DNA of 64,000 nucleotides from Lama glama (taxonomy: Eukaryota). The notes beneath the pieces were generated by a model that saw nothing but the letters and a program-made list of their open reading frames with translations, was not told the origin of the DNA and searched no databases. The stretch is from positions 9,054,001 to 9,118,000 of the forward strand of contig CM052818.1 of assembly GCA_028534125.1 (NCBI GenBank). The letters are read 5' to 3'. Below are positions 40,931 to 53,034 of this stretch, piece after piece. Both the position numbers and the translations under genes were made by a program. The first letter of the stretch is position 1. The number at the start of each line of letters is the position of its first letter.

Positions 40931-41928
40931 GTAAGTAGAACCACTTGAAATTGGTTCCTTATATGTTTGGCTTTCTAATGATGAAGGCTTTTGCTTGTTA
41001 TTGCAAAAACAGAAAATGCTATGATAAAAAAGCATAGATCTCAAAAGAATTAATAAAATTGAGACCAGAAGTAAAAATTATTAGATGCCAAACATCATAA
41101 ATCTATAATCTGGTGATTTATTGAAATTGATCATTGACTTAATTCACAAATGAAGACAAAACAATAGGGATATGTATGAAACAATACAACTAGGTTATGT
41201 AAAAGTTGTAGTGTAAATAGAATTTCCAGATCCTTTTTAGCTTTCTGAAAACAGAAATCTTCACCCATCCTTCAGTAGCAGGCAGATTTTTTGTCCTACA
41301 TTTGCAGGAATAGAACTTTAAAATCAGTTTATTGTCCATACTCTGAAGAAACTTTTTTTATTGATGTATTCTCATATTTATTAGTTATAAATACCATTCC
41401 CTGAAGGGGTGGTTGATCTTTGTCACCTCACTAAGGTTTGCTTTCATTTTACATTGTGCTGGTGTAGAGGTTTCTTGCTAAGTCATTTCCCTAATTTTTT
41501 TTTAACCCATGTAAAAATTAATGCTGATGTGTAGATCTTTGTTATAAATAATACTTGTCCTTTGTGCTTCTAGCATACAAGTTTTTTTTTTAAACAAGCC
41601 ATAGACTAAAGGAATGCAACTGAAATTAGTAATACATAAATTTGTGTGAAGAGAATTGACATACTCATGAAACAGGATAATCATTTTTATATTTTATGAT
41701 TGCAAAAGTGTGAAAACTACAAATAAGACAGCAGGATGTATAGGTGAAAGTAAAAAGCCTGAGTAAAGTTTCATGTATTTTTCTAGATTTTTTCTGCATG
41801 TATATATAATTTCTTATTTGGTACAATTTTCTTTGCGTTTATACTGTAGATAGTATTTTCATTAAGTCTTTCACTTTTTCGCTAAACAACTCTTAAAATG
41901 CAAATTATAATGTTCTTTTTATCAACAG

Positions 41929-42068
41929 ATGGACAATCAAATAGTAGTTTCTGACTATGTCCAGATGGACCGAGTGCTGCGGGAGGAGAGAGCCTATATT
42001 CTAAATTTAGTGAAGCAAATTAAAAAAACAGGATGTAATGTTCTTCTCATACAGAAGTCTATCCTAAG
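41929..42068 (+). CDS. CCT4: CCT4 exon 8 (140 nt)
   Basis: [47 protein letters not shown]; flanked by acag and GTGTGG. Confidence 0.96.
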
Positions 42069-43062
42069 GTGTGGGGCTTTTTATTTTGTTCATCTCTTAA
42101 TGATAATTGATTTTGGATCCCCTCTAGCAATTTTTAAAGAAACATTTGAGGTGGGTAAACCACAAAGAAATCTGGAATGAATCTCCTCTTGGGGGCATTG
42201 TTTTGTTCTAGTAAATGATCTAATGTGAGTTCTCTTCCCGCTGTGATATTTAAGTGTGAGATGTGTTATCTTTCTAGACCAAGGCCCTTAATATCAAGTA
42301 GAAAGCTAACTTTGATCTAAAATTAACCAGCTAAAAAGGGCATTTATTTAAAGTTCCTTGAAATTTTGGAAGTTCCACGGGGAATGCTAGCTAGTCCATG
42401 GATTGAAAGAATTCTCCGAAATGTGAACTTTTTTGTTTGTTTTCAATGTTTTCTTCTAATAGGTAGACACATTCTCATGTACTCTGTTAATACATTATGC
42501 CAGAAAGTACTACAAATGCTCTTGATACAGAAACCTTGATGAAGAGTTGGATTACCTGGTTCTAATCTCAGGTTATGTAATAGCTAGTAACCTTGAGTAA
42601 ATTGCTCTCAAAACTCAATTTCCTTTTCTGTAAAACAAGGATAGTAATATCCACTCTTCCAGTATTACAGGGTTGTCAGGAGGATCATTCCAGATAATTT
42701 GTGGGAAAGTGTAAATTTGTGGTCTTGAACTAATCATACTCAATCCTAAAAACCTGAAGTATTGATAAAGTTAATTGTCAGAGGTATACTTACTTAGTGT
42801 TGAGAAAATTTTAACAATTATCTTTCATTGTGTGTTTTACAAGTAGTATCATTGGGGTGCATTTTAAATATCCATTAGAAATCTTAGTTAAGAATTTTGA
42901 GCTCATAAACTTGGTAAACTTAAAGCATCTTTTTTCACAAATAAATTGTTTGGTAATTGGCCATTTAAATAACCGTAAAATTATGAAAACCTTGAAAAGC
43001 AATTGAATAGCGAAAGAATTTTTTAACCTAATACTGACATAATCACTGATTTTGTATTTTAG

Positions 43063-43159
43063 AGATGCTCTTAGTGATCTTGCATTACATTTCCTGAACA
43101 AAATGAAGATTATGGTGGTTAAGGATATTGAAAGAGAAGACATTGAATTCATTTGTAAG
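43063..43159 (+). CDS. CCT4: CCT4 exon 9 (97 nt)
   Basis: [32 protein letters not shown]; flanked by ttag and GTAAAA. Confidence 0.96.
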
Positions 43160-43245
43160 GTAAAATATTCTTAACATCTGTATGTGTGAAAATGTTCAAT
43201 ACTCAAATATCTCAGTTTGTGGATTTGACTATTTTTCCTGTCTAG

Positions 43246-43356
43246 ACGATTGGAACCAAACCGGTTGCTCATATTGACCAGTTCACTGCTGACATGCTGG
43301 GATCAGCTGAGTTAGCTGAGGAGGTCAATTTAAATGGTTCTGGCAAACTGCTCAAG
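43246..43356 (+). CDS. CCT4: CCT4 exon 10 (111 nt)
   Basis: [37 protein letters not shown]; follows an 86-nt intron; flanked by ctag and GTAACA. Confidence 0.96.
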
Positions 43357-43472
43357 GTAACAGTATTACAGTTAGTAGCTTTTATATTTACCTAGGGTTT
43401 TTTGTTGGGTGGCGGGTTTTATTTGTGTCAACCCTTACTTCAAATACCTAATTAGGAGTTTGTTTACTAAAG

Positions 43473-43603
43473 ATTACAGGCTGCGCAAGCCCTGGAAAAA
43501 CAGTTACAATTGTTGTTCGTGGTTCTAACAAATTGGTGATTGAAGAAGCTGAGCGTTCCATTCATGATGCCCTATGTGTTATTCGCTGTTTAGTAAAGAA
43601 AAG
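43473..43603 (+). CDS. CCT4: CCT4 exon 11 (131 nt)
   Basis: [47 protein letters not shown] acceptor; donor GTAATG. Confidence 0.95.
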
Positions 43604-43738
43604 GTAATGTTAAATTACTCAGTAACATTTTGAGCATAAAAACATAGGTATTTTGATTTTTAAGGTGTAAATACTGTATTATTTTAAAATAGCTTTCTAC
43701 TGGATAAAATAAGCTAAAAATATATTTGTGAATTTCAG

Positions 43739-43973
43739 AGCTCTTATTGCAGGAGGTGGTGCTCCAGAAATAGAGTTGGCCCTACGGTTAACTGAATATT
43801 CACGAACATTGAGTGGTATGGAAGCCTACTGCATTCGTGCTTTTGCAGATGCTATGGAAGTCATTCCATCTACACTAGCTGAAAATGCTGGCCTGAATCC
43901 CATTTCTACAGTAACAGAACTAAGAAACCGGCATGCCCAAGGAGAAAAAACTACAGGCATTAACGTCCGAAAG
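43739..43973 (+). CDS. CCT4: CCT4 exon 12 (235 nt)
   Basis: [17 protein letters not shown]...GINVRK; flanked by tcag and GTAATT. Confidence 0.97.
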
Positions 43974-44502
43974 GTAATTTAATCTTTAATCTAAGGTGAG
44001 AAGAGAAAAAAAAAAAAGAGGCTAAGATGATGAAAAGAGTATTTTGAGGCCGGAAGACTGGAGACAGAATTGCCTGTTGTTAATCCTGGGGTAAAGGTGA
44101 CTAGGTTAGTGGCAGTAAGAATCTGAAAGTGGAAAATGGGAAAGATATAAAGGCAGGGCAGACCAGACTTGACCAAATTCAGAATTAGGATTCAGAGATG
44201 ATTTAAAGTCTCATTACTTTTAATAACTACAATCATCTTATTTTTGTCAGAATACTTTTAAATAAAAGAAACTTACAAGGAGTTGTTTTAGAGTGAGGAT
44301 AGGCAGAATCCAGCGTTAATTCAATTTTTCCAAATGTTAGTTGAAGTACAACCTACAGTGTAGAGAAGAGCTTAGTAGGGAGTATCTTACTCTTGACTAG
44401 ACCAGGGGAAAACTAAGTTTGAAAGGCCTTAGGGCATACTGGTAGTGTAGTTGGCCATGTGTATCATTATAAACACTAAAAGCAACTTGGACTGACTTGC
44501 AG

Positions 44503-44616
44503 GGTGGTATTTCCAACATATTGGAGGAACTGGTTGTTCAGCCTCTGCTGGTTTCAGTCAGTGCACTGACTCTAGCAACTGAAACTGTCCGGAGCATTCT
44601 GAAAATTGATGATGTG
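44503..44616 (+). CDS. CCT4: CCT4 exon 13 (114 nt)
   Basis: [38 protein letters not shown]; flanked by gcag and GTAAGT. Confidence 0.96.
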
Positions 44617-44867
44617 GTAAGTATACATAGGTTGTGAACTTCCCTACAAAGTCAAAAAGGCATTTTTTGTTTGTTTTCAAGAGTTGGGGTAGGAAGCAGT
44701 AAATGTTAGTTTGCTAGTCATTAAGGGTGAAAGCAGTTTATATTTCTAGTTTTCTCTCATCTATAAAAATAGGTAGATTTGTACAATTGCCTTAAACATC
44801 TTTCATCCTTAAAAATCTGTCATTACAGGTTTTGAAACTTAAGTTTTTGTTTTTGTTTTTTTTTCAG

Positions 44868-44882
44868 GTAAACACTCGGTAA
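44868..44882 (+). CDS. CCT4: CCT4 exon 14 (coding part, VNTR-stop)
   Basis: Long T-tract + cag, then GTA AAC ACT CGG TAA; completes a 539-aa ORF. Confidence 0.94.
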   Translation, partial: VNTR

Positions 44883-45045
44883 TCCGGGTAACACTGGCTG
44901 ACTGGCGCCATCATGGCCACTAATAATGCACCTGGAGTGGAAGAGCACCTTGGCATCCTTATTGTTTGGAAGATTTGTTTACTTTGTGGATTTCTGGGCC
45001 TGGTCTTCCAGTTGACATTTGCTTGAAATTGTATTGACACAGTTT

Positions 45046-45060
45046 AATAAAAACATTAAA
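45046..45060 (+). terminator. CCT4: CCT4 polyadenylation signal (AATAAA 45046-45051, ATTAAA 45055-45060)
   Basis: Canonical hexamer ~165 nt after the stop codon, followed by a GT/T-rich stretch. Confidence 0.8.
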
Positions 45061-45819
45061 ATGTTTGGTTTCAAAAAGCAGATTCATTTACTGCCCTCCA
45101 TTATCTCCTCCCCAACGTTCTATTATTTCTCACACTGTTGAAAAACCTGTATAAAGGGGGTGAAAAAAAGTTCACATTTACCTGTTAACTTTCTTAGGGC
45201 TTAATCCTGGGTACTTTTAAGTTTTGTTCATGTGCGTTTTTTAATAGAAGTAATGAGAAGGGGGAAAAATGATCCAATATGTTTATTACCCTGATAAATC
45301 CCCATTTACAGTAATATATATGCTGTTTGAAAAGGTAACAGTACAGAAAGTGAAAAATGAAAGTTTTTTTCATTCTAATCCCTTTCTCCAAGAATAACCA
45401 CTGATCTGTTAATTGGGATTCCTTCTAAAAGTAAAAAATGTCTGCATATATATAGGAAATCAATTATTTGTAGGAAAAGGATTCTTAACTAGTAATTTTG
45501 CAGTGATTTAAAACATCTTTATTGCCTCTATCCTGATCAACCAGCACCATCTCTAACCATAAATAGTGCAGCAAAGTTGTTGGTAACATTGGCAAACAAG
45601 TGAAATTCTAACATACACAGTTTTATTTTCATCTTACTGTAAAAAATATCAGCCAACATTTCATGGTGGAAGTATGTTAATGGATTAGTTGCAACCATAG
45701 ATTGGCTATAGGTACAAGAGTTCAGCGACAACCGATGAAAGTATTCTGGAGAATCAATTGTGAGGGGTTTTTACATGTATGTAAGCATAGTCACACAATC
45801 CCAGAGAGACAGGAGCCAG

Positions 45820-46187
45820 TCACTAACCATTTACCAGCGTGCGACTGGCAGACATCCTGCAGCGGCAGCACCTGGGATTTCCCCCAGTATTGCATCTGAG
45901 AACATGCTCTTCAGAGGGAGCCCTAGCCAATGACTGAGCTGGCAGGGCAAGTAGGGTCTGGCCATTTCTGCTCTATGAGCCATCTGTGTACTGGAACTTT
46001 TCAGCTGGCTGAGACTTTCTCAGAGCTGTCCTATAGTATCAACCTCCTACAGGAGGAGTCTCCCTTCTCTTCCTCCTTTCTTGGCCTGAAAACATTCCTA
46101 CTCTTCTCTGTCTTTCACAGTGATTTCCCCCAATAAATCTCTTGCACTTCTAACTCCTTGGTATCTTCCTGAAGGACCCAAACTGAG
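45820..46187 (+). mobile_element. ERVL LTR (LTR16-like)
   Basis: ccccaataaatctcttgcac...gaaggacccaaactga 3' end. Confidence 0.65.
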
Positions 46188-46359
46188 CAGGGGGGCAGAG
46201 GAAGGGACAAGTGAATGAATAAACTTAAAGTGATAAGGACAATGTTAACAGTGCAGAGTGCAGATTAAATTTAATAAGAGTATGCCTTTTCTGTAACTTA
46301 CATTATGAATGGCACAAAATAATGAGGAAAATTATTCCAGTATTGGAAAACTCAGTAGA

Positions 46360-46690
46360 GTACTATTCAGCAATTTAAATGGCACAGGCTACTCATCTAT
46401 ACAACATGGATGAATCTGAAAAACAAGCAAAACTGCTGATCAAAAGAAGTTTAAAAGCAAAAGGAGCACATACAGTATGATTCCATTTATATGAAGTTCT
46501 AGAACAGTCAAGGGAGTGGAATGGGGAACAGACTGGGAAGGGGCATGAGAGATCTTTCTGGAATGATGGAAATGTGCTATCCCTTAGTATGATTTCATGA
46601 GTGTATGCATTTGTCAAAACTCATTCAACTATGCATTTAAAATCTGTTCATTGCACTGTATATGTTACATTTCGATGCAAAAGTGCAAAA
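46360..46690 (+). mobile_element. L1ME-like 3' fragment
   Basis: acaacatggatgaatct...catacagtatgattccatttatatgaagttc. Confidence 0.75.
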
Positions 46691-47399
46691 GTAATTCTTC
46701 CTATGATGATGCAAAATTTACCGTTCTTTTTTTTTCCTGTAGATCTGTCCATTTCTGCTGTATATACTTGGAGGCTATGTTACTAGATGTCTGCAAATTT
46801 AGAATATTTCTGGTGAATGGAAGCTTTTCTGCACTTTTACATACATACACACACACGTCCTCCACATTCATTCCTTCTATCTATTCTATTCTAGTCATCC
46901 ATTTGCAGTGTCTCAACATGTAGACCTGTCTTGCTGTTTTAGGGGGCCGGGTTTACATCAGATTCCAGGAGGAGTAGTGCAGCCGCAGAATTAGCTGCAT
47001 GCAAACAAGAGGAAGTGCCTTCTATAGTATCGGGGCATCCATACCTCATGGGCTTTCAGCTCGGGTTCTGCGCAGAATCCAGCCAGCATCTGTTCCAGTG
47101 TTTGAAGCAAATGCTTAACCAAAACAAAGCAGCCTGAAGAAGCGAGGGAGTAACAGATTTTGCAGGTGCTCACACTCCAGACCGGTGAACAAGAAAGGCT
47201 TGGTATGGAAGGCTCAGACCTCAAAGGTGGATTCTGGACATCGCGCGCTGCCCACTGTAACTTTGGTGGTGATGGCGGGTGGTAGGGCCAGGAACAGAAG
47301 GAGGCTGAAGGATAGGCAGGGGAAGGTTGCTACAGCCTCAGCCTCAGGAAATAGGGGCTTAGGTAGCAGGTGGCTAAACCTGCAACACGCCTGGTATTT

Positions 47400-48580
47400 T
47401 AAGGCGAGGTCTGTCTTTCAGACGGGTCGTGTAGAGAGGGAAGGCGCCATTTGAAAAGCCCAAATCCCAAGTGGAAAATGTTGATGGGGTGAGGCGGAGA
47501 TGAGGCGCGCCTGCGGCTAACGTTGGGCGCCTCCAACCCCACCATTATAAAGCTGAGGTACCCAAACTGCAAACATCCGGTTCGTACACCTGCACTGTCA
47601 CTCAGGCGATAGGAAAAACTGGAAGCCTCCTCCGGATTGGTCGATTTCTGCAAGCTCTCCAGTCAATCAGAGTAGACTGTACCGCAGTCCTTCCCATTCT
47701 CTGGCCCCAGGGAACCATGTTAGGTAGAAAGATGCAAACCTTGCCACTTTCCTGAGACCACAAACACAATAACATATCCTGCTTTCCTCTGCCGCTGCCA
47801 TCTGCGCCTGACATGTTAATTCAATTAATAAAAATGCGCTTTTTTTCCCTCCACAAAACGAGTCGTTTCGTTAGTATAATGTGAAATCTGCGTCTAGGCG
47901 GTGACGCGCGAAGGAGGGGAAGAGGTGCCCCGTTCAGCCCTCAACCCTCTACACTAGCAAAGACTTACTGTTGACTCCGACTACCCAGGAGGCCCTCCTC
48001 CCGCGTCTCCCGCAGCGTGCACGGATTTTGAGTGGCTTTTGGCCCCTCGCGGCCCCTGTAGCGTCCCTAGTTACCGGGCCCCTAGTAACCACCTCCCCTA
48101 GCAAGTAGCTGTCGGGCGCCAGAGGCCGCGCCGGCATCCCCGTCCCGGGCCAGCGCTGGCGCTCAGGCCTCGGCGGCGCGATAATGGCCGCCTTGCACCG
48201 AGCGGCAAAGCTGTCGAACCTCCATCTCCCAATCCCGGTCAATCCCAACACCGGAGTGCGGGTCGCCCAGTACGAACGCAAAGACCCCTCAGAGTCCCTG
48301 TCGGCGGCGGCGGCGGCCTTGGAGGAGGAGGAAGAAGAAGAGGAAGAGGAAAAGAAGAAGGCGGCTCGGCCGGCGCGGGCGCCGGTAACGCAGGGGTGGG
48401 ACGTGGGCTGAGGCTGGGTCTGGGAGCCGGCGGGGTGCAACTGGAGGCTGGTGGTGAGACGCCGGCTGGGAAACACGCGCCCTACCTGTTCAGACCTCCC
48501 CACATGGTGAGCCTGGCCCACCACTTTCTCTCTAACCGCCCCCACCTCACCGCCCCGGGAAATACTCAAAACTGAGGCGT
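47400..48580. promoter_or_regulatory. CpG island / FAM161A promoter
   Basis: CpG-rich region over FAM161A exon 1 and upstream; boundaries approximate. Confidence 0.8.
48184..48384 (+). CDS. FAM161A: FAM161 centrosomal protein A, exon 1 (coding part, 67 codons)
   Basis: MAALHRAAKL...PVNPNTGVRVAQYERKDP...EEEEEEEEEEKKKAARPARAP resembles the FAM161A N-terminus; phase-0 donor CCG|GTAACG; CpG island. Confidence 0.93.
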
Positions 48581-50399
48581 TGAAAAGTCTTTTAATTTTC
48601 ACCAATGAGATTGTTGTAAAATTTTCTTGGAGTGCATTTACGCTGCTCTATTTCTAGAGAGTGCAAAGTACAAAATTTTACTCCTTATGCTCCAACATCT
48701 GTTAGGAGTAGGGATTTTCTTTTTAACTTGAGGAAAACTGATCTATCCCATAGAGGATAACTCATAAAACGCAAGTAATCAGCTGTGCTGTCACGTGTAT
48801 TTTGTTGTCACCTTGATGTCTTGGTTATTAGTGCATCTTAATACAATACACGAGAGGTGGTGTTTAAAACCATCAGCAGGTCAATGGATAGATCCAGCAC
48901 AGTTGTAGTTAAGCGTCCAGAGAAGCAGATTACTGATGATCCAATGTTTCCAAAACGGTTCTTCAGGGTAGGGTGAGACAGCCTTCTCACTGATCAATTT
49001 TCAGTGTCAAATGTGTTTTGAACACCTGTCCACCAGGTAGAAGGCTGACTCTACCATCTGCTCCATTCACTTAAAAGTGGGAGTCGTAATTTTAACTAGC
49101 AGTCTGCAGATATAAACCTCCTTAACGCCAATTAAAGATTCTTAATTCCCTTTGTCCAAAGCTTTTCAGATTCAAAACATTGTGGTCTAGGGCTAATAGA
49201 AATCACTGGATACTTTGGAATTCTTATTTCTTTAATCTTCACTAACACTATTAATGAGAAATTCTATAGCAACACCTCTTATGGGTAGTATTTTACCAAC
49301 AGAGGTTATCCATAGTAAGACAGATTGAGACCCTGAACATGAACGTAGGACCAAATTCATTCATGATAAAGCTTCCCCTCAACACAAATTTCAGTAGCCA
49401 ACAGAGGAGGCAAAGTGATGGAGGAAAAAGACTTGAATGGAGAAAAAAGATTTGGAATCCTGGGTTAGGATCTATTCATTTGCTAGTTGATATGAAGATG
49501 TAACTTCCTGCAATCTCAGTTTCCTTATCTGTAAAAGAACTATAGTAACTATCTTTCTTGTCTCATTGGGCTAATATGAGAACCAAGTGAGAGAATGTGT
49601 GTCATAGCTAAAGAACAGTTTGTATCAATTAGTAATAATAATAACAGCTGCCCATGGGACTGTCATTTGAACAACTCTCCCAAAGAGTAGAGTCTACTTT
49701 GGCTTGCTTGTTTGTTAGAGAAGTCCATTATTTCTGTAGTTACAGGTATACTTCCAAAGTGCCCTGTTAAACTGCAAATCTGTATTAGAAACATATTACC
49801 TTAAGAGAGATTAATTTATCTAATGATCTAGTTTCCAAGGGACAGGACCCCACCAAAAAAAAAGGTGGGGGGTAGTAGCTAAATTGAGCTTGACACTGTT
49901 CTCAGAGCACCACACGGATCCAAAAGGAAATCTGGATAAGCTACCACTGTAATAGGCCTGACAGAGGTCACGGGTTTACGGACAAAGCACTAAAAAGGCA
50001 GGAAAGAGAGCAGGAGCTAAGCTTTGCCTTCCTCACAGTTTGGCTTGTGTCTCCAACTTGATTTTTAAAGGTTAGTTTGTCTCAACTTTGTCATCTGTAA
50101 AATGGAGTAAACTCAGCTACCATAGCTGCACAAAACTGATTAGAGAACCAGCTGTCACAGTAGGCCCCTTTAAATCCTTTGGTTTGCCAACGCCAGCCAC
50201 CCCACCCCCCACCTTCATCTCACCCCATGCAGAACTCTGGGCCCATACTGAGCACTAAAGCATGTTTCTGGAATCTAGCCTCAGTTGGAGACATCAGTTC
50301 ATAGGCCTTGCTGTGTGGTTGGTGATGACATGGGTAAAGCAGTATTCTATAATTCACAGTTAAAATTTCCCTGACTTTCCTAATGGGATGGTCTTCTCG

Positions 50400-51620
50400 T
50401 TTTCAACAAATATTGAGCATTTATTAAGTGCCAGTCACGAACTATTCAGTAGTGAATGAAGAGGACATAGGTCGTGTCATCACAGTGCTTCCAGTCTGAT
50501 GAGGAAGTTAGACAATAAAAAATGAACAAATGATTATAAGACAGGAAATACTGGGAAAGAAATGAACAGGTGACTATAATTAAAAAAATAGGAGGGAACC
50601 TACTTCAGTAAGTTAACATTTAAGCCAATGCCTGATAGATGAGAAAGAACAGCCATTTGATGAGTGGAGGTGGGAAAAGCATTCCAGGCAGAGGGAACAG
50701 CATATGCAGAGGCCCAGAGATAGAAAGAGACAGAGCTTTGTGTGATTAAGGATCTGAAACAAAGCCTTTCTTTTTTTCTGGAAAAAAGAAGGAAGGAAAG
50801 AAGGAAGGGAGAGAGGGAAGAAGGGAGAGGAGGGGAGGTTGGAGAGGTAAGCAGGGCCTGATCATTCAGGGCCTTGTAGACCAAGGTAAGGAATTTAGTG
50901 TTTATTATAGGTCCAGTGAGAGGTCCTTGAAGACTTTTAAGAGATCTGACCTGTTCCTACTTACATTTTTAAAGGATGATTCTGTTGGCTTTGTGAAGAA
51001 TGATTGGAGGGTTTGATAAAGCAAGGACATTGGTTAGGAGGCTGTTGCAAAAAAATTCAAGTGCCAGAGGTGGTGGCTTGGACCTAGAGTCCAGGGGAGA
51101 TGGCAGGAAATGGACAGATTGGATAGGACTTACTGTTAGGTTGCATGTGAAGGCCAAGGAAGAAGTCAAGAATATTCATCCCCAGGTTTCTAGTTTGACC
51201 AGCTGCATGGAAGATAATGCCATTTACTAAACTGGAGATAACTTGGGGAGGAATAGTTTTAAAGGCTGGGTGGGAATCAAGGTTTCCGTTTTGAACATGG
51301 TAAATTTGAGATGCCTGTGAAATACTGAGTTGGGCCTATGAAACTGTAGTCCTATGGGGCATGGGATGGAGATTTTTGTCTGGGAGTTTTCAGCATTTTT
51401 TTAAACAATGGGAATGGGTGAAGTCACTTGGGGAAGTGCAGAAAGAAGGCACCTAGTATAGAACTCTTAAAACACTCAACATTTAACAGTCAGGTAGAGA
51501 AAAGGGGGCAAAAGAGATTAAGACCAGCTAGAGTGATAGAAAGATTATTGCAAGAGTGTGGAAATTTCCAATTTGTTGGTTTCAATGATGAGAGAAAGGG
51601 TCAAATACTGCTGAGAAAAG
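50400..51620. mobile_element. L2 fragment
   Basis: caacaaatattgagc..., gcattccaggcagagggaacagca, gatgcctgtga phrases. Confidence 0.8.
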
Positions 51621-52904
51621 GGACATTTCATCCCTGAAGCAGGAGAGAAGGAGAAAAGGGGCAACAAAAGCGTACAGTTTTGTGGATGGGAAGATGAGGG
51701 AACTTCTGTTTTCTATTTTAGATGATGGCTTCTATTTTCCCCCAAAAATAAGGAGTTACCATGGACAGCTGGGGGTGGGAGTGGGAACAGGCAGAAGAGC
51801 AAGGGAAAGAAAGGCAGTGTTGCTGGGGAGTGTGAGAGCCACCTTCCAGAAGGAACACGGGAGGTGCCAGGCAGACCAAGTATCCATTAGAAATTGTTCA
51901 GTTTTTAATTTAGTGTGAATATTCACAAAACACTCTTTGTCTTTTTAAGTTACATTTTAATTATGGAAGTAATACATGAACACATTCTCCTTTTAAAATT
52001 TTGAATGTTATAAATAAGGCTTAGGCCCTTTTAACACCTCTCCCCTGAAAAGAAAACCTGGCTGTCCTCTCCCTCCTCATTAGTAGCCTCATTAGTTTTG
52101 AAACTGATATATATCCTTCTGGGCTTTTTCCTGTCTCCTGTGTACATAACATTTTAATATATGGTAGCATTTTGTATGTACATATTGTTCTGCAGCTTGT
52201 TTTTTTCCCTCTTTTCATTTACATGTAGATCTGCCTCATTCCTTACAAATCCCTTTAATGCAAAAAAAAATTTTTTTAATAATAATTCCAGAATGGTAGA
52301 CAATGCTAGATAGACTGTAACACAGGTAATTCCGAGTGCTGGTTACTAACGAAGCAATGTGTGCTGGAGGGAGTCATCATCTAAATGGGTCAAGCCAATC
52401 TACGGAAGATTATCCTCTAATCTAGTGGCTGCCTGTACAATGTCCCACGAAAAGCTCAACAGTTGAAGGGAAAGGGTGCTATTTTAGGCTCTTGGAAAGT
52501 AATGTCCTTGGCCTAGGTTATTTGATCTACTTAATGTTTCCTTCTGTGTAGAGACAATTAAAGACAAAATTAAGAGTTGGAAGTCACCTATTAACCATTT
52601 ATCTGTTTTAGGTAAAACACTGTGAGAACAGTTTATCTGTGTTACCAGTATTAGGCTGACATGCAGTGGATGCTGTGCAGAAGTCAGTGCATAAGGATAA
52701 TTAGCAGACCTGCCACATCCCTTCCAAAGTTATGCATCCTCCTAAATGTTTTTCAAATGGTTTTTCCAGGTTCAGATAAATATCATCCTTTCTGTGAAAA
52801 TGATTGTTATAAGACCTTCTTTTAAAGGGTGTTCTAAAAGAATGACGGGAGAGCATGTGGATGCTTTTGCCTAAAAACAGTTCTTTGGAATATCCACCCA
52901 GTTT

Positions 52905-53034
52905 CTTTTTAATTTATTTTGTGGGGCGGGGGGGATAGGTATACTTACTTATTTTTAGAGGAGGTGCTGGGGATTGAACCCAGGACCCTGTGCATGCTAA
53001 GCATGCACTCTGCCACTTGAGCTATACCCTCCCC
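52905..53034 (-). mobile_element. tRNA-Ala-derived SINE (camelid Vic-1-like)
   Basis: Minus strand reads GGGGAGGGTATAGCTCAAGTGG (A box)...GGTTCAATCCC (B box)...A-rich tail; degenerate TSD ccacccagttt/ctacctagttt. Confidence 0.85.

Noticed and set aside
33527..44867. Intronic snoRNAs in CCT4 (RTGATGA at ~37506, ~40978, ~44027)
   Set aside because: I could not see a suitably placed CTGA box with a terminal stem. An Infernal/Rfam scan would be needed to exclude H/ACA types.
47949..48605. 218-aa antisense ORF over FAM161A exon 1
   Set aside because: Non-ATG start, GC-rich, and its poly-S/F run merely mirrors the Glu/Lys codons; a shadow ORF.
52955..53034. tRNA-Ala-like gene
   Set aside because: The acceptor stem is imperfect, and it has an A-rich tail and TSD. 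It is a SINE head, not a tRNA.
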